Positions 47,401 through 56,966 of a DNA stretch of 64,000 nt are shown here, piece by piece (position 1 is the stretch's first letter; each line of letters opens with the position of its first letter). Origin of the DNA: Haliotis cracherodii (lineage: Eukaryota); NCBI RefSeq assembly GCF_022045235.1, contig NW_027266271.1, positions 22,878,001 through 22,942,000 of the forward strand, read 5' to 3'. The position numbers and the translations under genes were made by a program. The notes under the pieces were generated by a model, which was not told where the DNA came from, did no database searches, and saw only the letters and a list, made by a program, of their open reading frames with translations.

Positions 47401-49948
47401 ATTCGGTGGCTGAGTGGGTCAGATTGCTGACTGTGTCAGATGGGACTCAACCAATAGAAAAAGTACTAGAATTTTGTACTTGCAGTCCGAAACTTATATA
47501 ACTGACTAATGATTTAATGAATAATTAATGAGGGAAACAAATGTGAAAGATTGTCTTTCAATTTAACATTGCCTTGTGTATGGAGGATTGGACTGACAAT
47601 GTTTTAGTAATGAGTAGCTTAATGACAGCAAAGTTGTAAAAGATCAAAATTTGGTTTTCATTTGAAGCTTGGGTTTTTGATACATTAAGCTATAGGATGC
47701 GGGTTGAACATTCATTCTTGATAATATTGTAAGAAACATGATGATGATGCAACAACTTATGTCATTAGCCATGATGGCTTATACAAAATGGTTAAAACGA
47801 TCCTTTGTCAGTGAATAATCAATGTCATTCAATTTCAATATGCAAAGTTCACCTCGTATACATAATTAACATTCTTACATGGCCATTAGGCCATTCTCCT
47901 AAATTCCTTATTAAAAAGAATGTGAAGTTTCTCTGTGATGAAAATTGGAATTACCGTTTGATAATGCATGAAACTACCCTAGCGGCATTTATTTCTGAGA
48001 GAAATGGAATATAAAAGATTTTATTTCCACCATTGTTTCCATTTACCGTGACAGTGAACAAGTTGCCATTTCAACAATGTATGAGCTGTGAACAGCTTTA
48101 TAACAACCAAAGTAGTAACCATTTAATATCTAGTTATATTAATTATATAATGACACCCGTGAAGATCTGGGGTAGAATAGGTCTTCAGCAACCCATGCTT
48201 GCCGTAAAAGGTGACAATGCTTGTCTTAAGAGGCGACTAACAGGGTCGGTTGGTAAGGCTCGCTGACTTAGTTGATGCATGTCATCGTATCCCAATTGAG
48301 TAGATCGATGCTCATGATATCAATCAATGGTTTTTTCGGTCCAGATATGATTATTTACAGACTGCCATCATATGGGTGGAATAGTGCTGAGTGCGGGGTT
48401 AAACAACAAACAAAACAAAATTATACAATGAAAACCATGTCCGACATAAGTCAAGGCAACTGGTATTGATTCAAGCTGAAATATATATTGGAAAACTTAA
48501 GGATTCATCATGATCCTTGATTATGAACAACTTGCTTCTGGCTACAATGAGCTCTGTTCATCCTCAGAGAAAATGTTCATTGAGAATACTATCCGTGCAG
48601 TGTGAGGAAAGAGTCTCGTTCGAATTAAGTAGACTCTAAGCATAGTGTAGACTCAGCAGATTTCAAATGATGTATTCTGACAGCTTTTCTGTACACTTGT
48701 CAAAACTAATAAGTTTCTCCATGATGAAAATTGGAATTACCGTTTGATATTTATGAAACAATCCTAGCGGCAAAACTTTCTGAGAGAAACTTGGCTATTG
48801 AATTTTGGGTTGTATTTTTTTGAAAGAATTCACTTAAGCAGAAGAACGAACACATTATCAGTGATCATGTCCAACTACATTTCCCACAAATAAAACCTTC
48901 CCTTGATTCAATGTTGGGAGTAAAGTAACAGTGTGGCCAGCCACCGTGACTGTGTTTACACTCAGCAATATTCTGGCAGCTACATGACGGCAGTCTGTAA
49001 ATAATAGTCTGGACCAGACAATCCAGTGATTGACGTAATGAGCATCGATCCATGCAATTGGGATATGATGACATGCATCAACCAAGTCAGCAAGCCTGAC
49101 CATCCAATCCTGTTAGTCGCCTCTTACAACAAGCATTGTCACTTTTTACGACAATCATGGGTTGGTGAAGACCTATTCTAACGCGGATCTTCACGGGTCC
49201 TGTGACTGTACCGAACTTGGGGGATTGTGCGAGTTGACGAGTAGCTTTAAGTTTCCCTGCATTATAAAACACGTCGAGTTATAACTTATTCGCTGCGGTT
49301 TCTTACAGCCCTAAGGTTACTTTACCTTTAATTGTTTCTCTGTGATGAAAATGGAATTACCGTTTGATATTGCATGAAACTACCCTAGCGGCATTTATTT
49401 CTGAGAGAAACTAAGTCTGACGCATCAAAATGATGTCATCCTTTTCGTGGTAATAAACTGGTAGCAAATGTATGAAATGTGTATGATTGAAAGAGAAACG
49501 TTTTGCTTACATACTTGTGCTGCAAGGTTTAAATTATCATCTTTGTTGTCTGGTAAATACATCCTTCCCTGATCATGCTGACCGATAAATCAACTTTTGA
49601 AGAGATAAGTATGCATATTGAGAATATTCAGTTGACTGGGCAAGAACTTTTGTGAAAGTCTGGTAGCCTGAGTAATGGAACCGGTACAAAAAACACTAAG
49701 TTTGTAATCTTGCTGTCCCCATTTCTATGATCTTAAATGTTTACTAAGAAACATGGACACATTTAAGAAGTCTGTTATTCAGACGGTGGTTTTCATGATC
49801 ATGTCAATCTCTTTTTGTATTTTCAGATATGAAGGAACAGAATGTGATTGAGACCCTAACTGCCAAGAAGCAGCAGCTGCTATTAGCCACACAACTGGTT
49901 AGGATGATCCTCAAGATCGACGACATCAGAGCACCAAATGAAATGTGA
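32465..49948 (+). CDS. CCT5: T-complex protein 1 subunit epsilon (CCT5), 539 aa; exons 32465-32569, 33237-33462, 35728-35926, 36260-36452, 38858-39007, 39543-39662, 43572-43757, 44430-44567, 44825-45005, 49827-49948
   Basis: Motifs [80 protein letters not shown]. All introns GT-AG; 1620 nt in frame. Confidence 0.97.
37108..37235 (+). ncRNA. Box H/ACA snoRNA (SNORA15-like 5' hairpin), copy 1 (CCT5 intron 4)
   Basis: Hairpin GGCATGT..ACATGCC, H box AGAGGA, hairpin TCATCC..GGATGA, ACA plus 3 nt; pockets antisense to 18S. Confidence 0.8.
37751..38030 (+). mobile_element. Family A SINE in CCT5 intron 4
   Basis: Full-length copy with B box GGTTCGAATCCC. Confidence 0.8.
38648..38776 (+). ncRNA. 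Box H/ACA snoRNA, copy 2 (intron 4)
   Basis: Near-identical to copy 1 in unrelated flanks; ends 81 nt before the 3' splice site. Confidence 0.82.
39029..39190 (+). mobile_element. Family B SINE in CCT5 intron 5
   Basis: A/B boxes and shared tail. Confidence 0.75.
39398..39472 (+). ncRNA. Box C/D snoRNA, SNORD65/snR77-like, copy 1 (CCT5 intron 5)
   Basis: C box ATGATGA, guide TGGAATTACCG, D' TTGA, D CTGA, terminal stem TTCCC/GGGAA; ends 70 nt before the 3' splice site. Confidence 0.85.
39839..39915 (+). ncRNA. Box C/D snoRNA SNORD65-like, copy 2 (intron 6)
   Basis: GTGATGA, TGGAATTACCG-t-TTGA, CTGA; stem TTTCTC/GAGAAA. Confidence 0.8.
40843..40918 (+). ncRNA. Box C/D snoRNA SNORD65-like, copy 3 (intron 6)
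   Basis: Same boxes, guide and terminal stem. Confidence 0.8.
41570..41646 (+). ncRNA. Box C/D snoRNA SNORD65-like, copy 4 (intron 6); D box mutated to TTGA
   Basis: Guide intact; D box CTGA changed to TTGA. Confidence 0.65.
42722..42798 (+). ncRNA. Box C/D snoRNA SNORD65-like, copy 5 (intron 6)
   Basis: Same boxes, guide and stem. Confidence 0.8.
43196..43271 (+). ncRNA. Box C/D snoRNA SNORD65-like, copy 6 (intron 6)
   Basis: Same boxes, guide and stem. Confidence 0.8.
44206..44334 (+). ncRNA. Box H/ACA snoRNA, copy 3 (intron 7)
   Basis: Near-identical; H box AGATGA differs only at an N position of ANANNA. Confidence 0.82.
45630..45706 (+). ncRNA. Box C/D snoRNA SNORD65-like, copy 7 (intron 9)
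   Basis: Same boxes, guide and stem. Confidence 0.8.
46780..46855 (+). ncRNA. Box C/D snoRNA SNORD65-like, copy 8 (intron 9)
   Basis: ATGATGA, intact guide, CTGA, stem. Confidence 0.8.
47235..47308 (+). pseudogene. Degenerate SNORD65-like copy 9 (intron 9)
   Basis: Boxes intact but the guide has two substitutions (TGAAATTACCA). Confidence 0.65.
47928..48004 (+). ncRNA. Box C/D snoRNA SNORD65-like, copy 10 (intron 9)
   Basis: Same boxes, guide and stem. Confidence 0.8.
48156..48420 (+). mobile_element. Family C element in CCT5 intron 9
   Basis: Full-length copy; an inverted copy lies at 48955-49198. Confidence 0.78.
48714..48789 (+). ncRNA. Box C/D snoRNA SNORD65-like, copy 11 (intron 9)
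   Basis: ATGATGA, intact guide, CTGA, stem. Confidence 0.8.
49335..49410 (+). ncRNA. Box C/D snoRNA SNORD65-like, copy 12 (intron 9)
   Basis: Same boxes, guide and stem. Confidence 0.8.
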
Positions 49949-51437
49949 TCATATCAGGACTGTGTAGGACTCCAATCTATTTATTTCACTTGACATCGCT
50001 TACCACTACTCGTGGAGACAGTCTCAGGCATTTATAGCCAAGTCTCTAAATTCCTGCCTGCCGAATTTGGAAATGCAACACCCTGAATGTTGAAATGCCA
50101 ACACCAGCCAGTTGGTCATTAATATTGAGAATAATGTTATGCCTAGGGACCTGTCAAGTGACAGCTGCATCATCAGTGCTATTCCTTCTGTTTCATATTG
50201 TTTTGCAAACATTGTGTGATTTCTTTTTTGTACATACATGTCTTTTTGTACAACATTCACAGCAAATATACAGATTAAAAGAAAAACAGGAACTAGTGTG
50301 TTGGTGATCTTTACGACTTGTAACAAAAATATTAATTTACATGTTCATTTATACACAACTCTTGGTACCCTTTGTCTGCTTGATACCTGGGGGTCTTGTT
50401 AGCAGTGTTCTGGGTGACAAGAGACCATTGTGTGTTGGGGACAATTTATGGGGTTATCGCCACGGCTTTGCCATGATACATATTTATTCATACACTGTTT
50501 GGGGTAGCCTGTGTAATCCTCTGCGATTTGCTCTGCAGCGTGACATCTCTTAGGCTTGCCAGAAATCTATGATCGGGGTCAGAATTCAAGATACACCTGG
50601 CTGTTTCTAGGTTTGTTGGCACTGCCAGTGTTTAGGGGTTTCACTGAACTAATATCTTCAGACCTGCATCACTTCAGTATTACCTCCTACATCAAGGGCT
50701 GCCTCTGTGGTCTAGTTGTAGAGCGTCCGGCGCTCGGCAAGAAGGGACTAAAACAAGTTCTTGTTGGCTTGTAGTCAGTATTCTGTGTCTGAGTGGGGTG
50801 TTTGATACTGTTTGTTATACGTAGTTTCTCAATGGGCTAGAAGTATAAAAAGCGGCATTAGCCTGGACTAGTTGAAGCCCACACATCAGGCTGCAGGCAC
50901 ATTGCTATAGTAGGTGCAATAATATTGGATGCAAGTTAAACCTCACCTCTCACATCAAGGTGACCAATGTTTAGTCCGGAAGTGAAGTTATCATATTTAA
51001 GAACACAAAAAATGCGTATCTACAAACTAAAGAGTAAAATTCCAAATGGAGCCCAGAACAATGCTGAATTTCAGCCAATAGGTGAGGCAATCTTGACTTA
51101 CCAAGGCTTTCTGGACTTCTGGATTTTAGTAACTGCAGCCATGACGCCCCATTCACTCGTCAGATAATTCATCCTTTATGTGGGTATCTGTTTATCCCCA
51201 CTACTCTTGGTGAAACTTGTTCAGTTAACCGGTGTAATGTCTCTATTGCAGTGGTAGAAACTAACATTTTTGGTCCACTAGTCCTTATAATGATAATATA
51301 TAGCAATACCCTTAAAAATGGCAAATTTCTACTAGTCCTTATGATACCTTAACTATTGGGCAGTTTGGCATGGACTATAGAACTAGTGCCAATTTCTAAC
51401 CCTGCGTTGTGGTATGATAGCAGGCAGTTGTGATATA

Positions 51438-51760
51438 CCGTATTCGACGTAATAAGCGGCCAGGGCGCTCTCAAAAATAGAAATAGGGGTCTCTTATTGT
51501 AATATTATTTTGGTGGAAAAAAAACAGTTGAAAGATACAATTCGTGGTTTATGCTGACGACCGGAACTGTTTATATACGACATATATTTTTCCAGAATTT
51601 AGTTGCCTATAGTTAAGGGTGCATATCACACGAGTGTGTATTATACACTAATAAATAAGTCTTGTGTACATTGATCAATCGGAAGGAGTGCTAATTGGGA
51701 TTGTTCACTTGCCAATATATTAGCAAATATCGTCGTGGGCGCTCATTACGTCGAATACGG
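51438..51760. mobile_element. Tc2/pogo-type MITE
   Basis: TIR CCGTATTCGACGTAAT, TA TSD; second copy at ~27822-28148. Confidence 0.8.
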
Positions 51761-52729
51761 TAAGTGAAATACTGTCCAACAGGTGTTAAATCAACTCGCT
51801 CTCCTAGGCTGCCTTGTAAGCTCTAAGTGGGCGGGCTGTTGAGGTGGCAGATGTATGATGGTACTAGACAGTTGGACATACAATCCCATTCCTGATAGAC
51901 AGGAAAGAGGCAGTGGATGTTGTCTGTGATAGTCTTTTCCCCCGCACACCCACCCACTGGTGCCAGCGAAATTTGTCATGGTGGTTATCATGACTTGCAG
52001 GACAACGACCCCTTCAGCGTTCTCACACTTAATGAAGCACTTGTAAAATTTCCAGACATTACAAGTCATTTTCAAACCTCTGCCATGCTTCTCCGGTCCG
52101 TAGATGTAGAACAATGGTGGAATGGTGCATTAATCCTTCTTTATGTTCTCGTGATTCGATATCCCCTGTAGCCAATGATTGGAAGATTCGATTTGTTTGC
52201 TTGCGTCATCGTACACCGACGTTGATAATCGTTGCTCATACTATCAACACTGGTTTGTCTAGTCCCGACTCGATTATTTATAGGACGCCGTGATGTAAGT
52301 GGACAAAAAGTGTTAGCTTTTTTATAATACTGTAATACGTAGCGACGTGTCGGTGTATAAAAAAATATAGGTACTTGTACCGTTTACAAGGAAGACTTGT
52401 CCGCCCAGACCTTCAATACAGTTTCACAATACCAGCTCATTCTGAGGTTACCTGTTCTTTTCCTGGGTGGTACGGTACAGTGCAGTGTTGGTTTCTTATA
52501 TCGCTGTTCACTAATAGACGTTTGTGGTGAAATAATGTCCGTAAAGGTAGACCGCCTTCGTGGTCTGGATATAGCAACGACTGTCGGGAGAATGGAGGTC
52601 GGTGGTTCGATCGATTGACCGCGTCATGCCAAACGACATTAAAATAAAATATGGTACTTGTTACGGTGCGTGGCGCCCGCAATTAAAGGTTTACAAAAAG
52701 GACTGTTTGGATCGGAGTGATTATGATGT

Positions 52730-53100
52730 ATGCTCACCGCCAATAGAAACGCGAACTGGAGACTTGTATAGAGAAGCATGTACGTTAAGAAGAAATGTTT
52801 CCAATGTGTACCACTTAATGACAAAACGGAAAATCAATCAAGTGTTACCACAGTTTCGTTTTTCTTATAACGCTGCAGGTGATTTCCAAACTTTAAACTC
52901 AAATCCGGCACAAGACGAATGGTGTTTCTCCAGTCATGGATCTATGACGTCGCATGTGATGCGTTCATAAGCGTCGGTTTACACATAACAGTGTGTTCGT
53001 TTGTGCATCGAACCAATCTAATATCTCTTGAATGTGCGTATTTCTTCATATATTAAACCCACGTGTATGGTATTCGCGTTTCTTTTGTCGGTGAGTATAT
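52730..53100. mobile_element. Tc1-like MITE
   Basis: Imperfect TIR CTCACCG.CAA.AGAAACGCG; related copy at ~23484-23862. Confidence 0.7.
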
Positions 53101-54035
53101 ATGCATGTCGTTATTAAGTGCACTAATTTTGAAGGCGACGTTAAAGCTTTTTTACATCACCTCAAAGCAACATTACGCATTACCATAGCCGACATAAAGA
53201 AGGTCACGTTAAAATTTGTCATGGTTGGTTGAACACAAACCTAATTATGGGCATTGCCGACAACATCGTTTCTAATGGTAACGCGTTCTGTTCAAATAAA
53301 GTATAGAGGTCTCAAATCAACGACACAAACCTTAAAATTCAAAACAATATATGAATTTCATAAGGGATGGTTGGTCCTAATACATTCACCACGGGTAAAT
53401 AGAACCGCTTTGAACCGCATGTACATATATGGCTTCCAACACCTGTATATAGGCGGTTCCACCTTGATATTGCTGGTGTCCATTGTCCATCACGTCCATT
53501 GTAATACAAATGTAACTAAGGGCCGACGGCCTACACTTACGAAAATATACCGAATTGAATATTGCTAAAAGCGGCGTAAAACGATATTCACTGAACCCCA
53601 TACAGGCGTTCATAATGTAAAACAGGCAATGCAATGCGTAAAGTTTATTATTATTTTTCAGTGGAGAGTATTGTATTCATTCATACGGAATGTATTCATT
53701 CACATAATTCAATAATGTATAGCTCCGTTTGCCGTATAGTTAGCCTGTTAGCTGCAGTCGACCACAGCCATAAACATGCTATTGCTGACAATATTAATTG
53801 TCTTGTATAAGTAGCTATGAGTCTGAACACGCTGTTTGTTTTCGCATTGTAAAATACATAGACTTGGCCACTGACGGACGCTAAATATGGGGTACGATGA
53901 CTGCAGTCAACCAAGTCACCAAGTCTGTCCACCCGTTCCATTAAGTCGACTCTTGCGACCAGTATATGGGTTGCTAAAGGCCGTCATATTGGTGGAATAT
54001 TGCTGAGTGCGGCGGTAAACAACATTGAAACAAAG

Positions 54036-54305
54036 AGTGAATGAGTGAGTTGGGTTTAACGCCACTTTTAACAGTATATCACGGGGTGTCAGCTGAATGT
54101 GGGAGGAAAGCCCGAAGTGATGCAGGTCTCAGACGTTTACCGCTTCGGTGAATCCCACGAGCAGGGATATGGTGCTGTCAAACCTAGAAACATAATCGGG
54201 GCGACCGGGATTCGAACCCACAATCACAGGTTTCTGGCGTGCCCAAGGGGCACAACTCTGCACAGCGAATCGCGGCGCCTTTAGACGACTGGGCCATCCG
54301 TGCCC
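54036..54305 (-). mobile_element. Family A SINE
   Basis: Near full-length copy. Confidence 0.8.
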
Positions 54306-54771
54306 ACACAAATAAGGTGATGTGGGCCTATTATTGCAAGGTGTTTTGACGTAAACAAGTATTAATATTCATGTAACATGCACATGTAAAGTAAACATCG
54401 CTGTGAAACCCACGAACACGGGTATTATGATCACAAACCAAGCATCACCGTGAAACCCAGGTACGGTGTTGACACCAATCAGCGCGAACTCCGGGATTCG
54501 AACCTACTATCAGGGGATCTGATACACCTAAGGGACAGAACTCTGCATAGCTATAATTGCAGAGACTTAGGCCCGTTTCGTATGCACCTGATTGTATACC
54601 CATGCCAAAATACATAGTGTGTAAAATATGCACACATGTGTAATTATGCCATGCAATGAAATTGCAAATTTTCACCAAGGGTAAATTTAAATCAAGTCGA
54701 GAGGTTGTGGAAATGTAAAGTTACACGTGTGTAGCTTACACAATAAGTTATTCTCACCCCTGTAAAATATT

Positions 54772-54960
54772 TCAGAGTTGGTAAAAACTCTGGCATCGTG
54801 GACACATATCTGATATTTGTGTTTCTAAAATATACCGATGATCGGAAGGATCCGCCATTATCAATGTATACCAGGCCTGGCGAATTAGAATCTCTGCGTG
54901 TGTCTCTCTTTGTTCTATTTTAGGGATATGAGATCCGTCGATTGCACCTGGCACAGTTGA
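54772..54960 (-). pseudogene. PIF/Harbinger transposase remnant
   Basis: GAIDGSHIP matches the Harbinger DDE first-Asp motif GAIDGxHI; the remainder is degenerate. Confidence 0.5.
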
Positions 54961-55136
54961 TGGCCCCAGCCAAACCTAGCTCACATAGCAGGGAGACGCA
55001 GTCGTCCATTCATGCATGAGACATTCACTAAAAACTCACAAACATGGATACTGTAGTTTTGCCAATACCCATAAGGTTTCTTATATAGTTCTGTGTTCCG
55101 CTGTAGATGCTAACCTTTTCCTCTACATGCATGGCG

Positions 55137-55400
55137 ACCCATGAAGATTCCGGGGTAGATTAGATCTTCAGCAACCCATGCTTGCTGTAAAAGGCGGCTA
55201 TGCTTGTCGTAAAAGGCGACTAACGGGATCGGGTGGTCAGGCTCGCTGACTTGGTTGATGCATGTCATCGATCCCAATTGCGTGGATCGATGCTCATGAT
55301 ATTAATCACTGGATTGTCTGGTCCAGACTCGATTATTTACAGACCGCCGTCATATAGCTGGAATATTGCTGACTGCGGCGTTAAACAACAAACCAAACCA
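55137..55400 (+). mobile_element. Family C element
   Basis: Full-length copy followed by a 5'-truncated second copy (~55440-55610). Confidence 0.8.
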
Positions 55401-56966
55401 AAAATACATGCATGGCATTGGTTCTCGTACCCAGCTCGGTTCTTCAGGCTCGCTGACTTGGTTGATGCATGTCATCGTATCTCATTTGCGCGGATGATGC
55501 CCACGATATCAGTCACTGGATTGTCTGGTCCCGAGTTTTTACTGACCGTCGCCATATAGGTGGACTTTTGCTGGGTGCGGCGTTAAACAACAAATAAACA
55601 AACAAACAAATCTAATGACATCGATGTTGATTTTTTAATTCAGACAAGATGTCAAAATTAAATCCCTCTTGTCATTTGTTACTCGACTGCTCCCTTTTTA
55701 TATGCATGTGCTACCCATAAGTCTAGAGTGACCGTGTGTAACAACTGTCCGATATTTGCGACCCTCAACGCTTATTGGTCAGTTGAATCTATAATACGTG
55801 TATATTACACTATACATGGTGTAGAGCAAACATTATTTCTTAAATAATCTCTACTTCATTGTTGAGCAAAATACGATATGACGACATCCATTTTCATGAC
55901 GTCACACATTGATTATATGACGTCAACTGAACAATAGGTTACGTTCAGCGGTGTTTATCTGTAGGGATATTTCATACGTTTTTCATCATCTCCTCTCTTA
56001 AAATGTCAATGAGTAATATACAGAAGAGCCTATTCGATATCCTGACTTACGGATTATTTCGCTAAAGGCTCGGGACTTCCACCATTTACGCAAGTATTCC
56101 GTATCCTAGAAGCTGATTGGTTATTCTCTAAAATAGTGTTGGCTATAACAACAGTCATGCATGGACGAATATAGACACTGCGTTCAGTCGAAACGTAACA
56201 GTTAACACGCTCCCGTTTGTCAAACTCCAGGCATGTGATATATAATCTAATTCGAGTCCACAATTAATGTTTGGAGGACAAATCTTTCATAATGCCCATG
56301 GAAAACTGTTTCCGATGTAACAATTTCCTGTAATTTAGATATGGTTTACAAATGCAATAGTTAGCGGTTCATATTATTGTGACGATACTGTCAATCATCA
56401 AAGGGTGATTACCTTGCATAAAATCATCACAAATCAACATTAGCCCTTCGTAATCGTGCGTCAGCGACCATTTTAATATAGCCCACTCTTCGCTATCATA
56501 TGCTAACAAGCCTTTTCACTCCTGTAATGACCCACTGTTTACTATCCAACGAGCGTTTCCACAACCCAGAATAACATTGCCCAATACATAATTCAACATC
56601 TGAACAAGTCGTTATAGTTGCAACCGGCGCAATGTATTGCAACCTATGTTTAAATTGTACTAAATTAGTTTTTTACTTAATGACCCTTTATCGATTTTGA
56701 TATTTTCTCAACAGTTAAGATCATATTTCGTTTCGACACAAATGCTTCATCGAACGTGTGTCGCGGGTTGGCGGATCCGTCGCTGAAAGGGCTCTCACAC
56801 TTCATTGATTCGGTCCATAGCAACGCATATAAACACCCCTTGGATATGGCAAGGACTTACATGACGGCTTGGACATCGGAGGGATAACATCGGGGTTTGT
56901 GAGTCTCGGATATGTATATGACAGTTTTGAAGGGTTAATTTACAGTGAACAAGCACTAGATCCACC

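Noticed and set aside
39398-49410. Dispersed 76-nt repeats read as CRISPR repeats or MITEs
   Set aside because: Spacing is long and irregular, there are no TSDs, all copies are in host sense, and C/D boxes plus an rRNA-antisense guide explain them.
52602-52970. 122-aa ORF
   Set aside because: Mostly lies within a Tc1-like MITE; no recognisable protein motif.
55233-55559. Recurring ORF family [11 protein letters not shown]...IIYRPPSY (also 4585, 13731, 15847, 48272)
   Set aside because: Chance frames in family C SINE copies, with inconsistent starts and stops.
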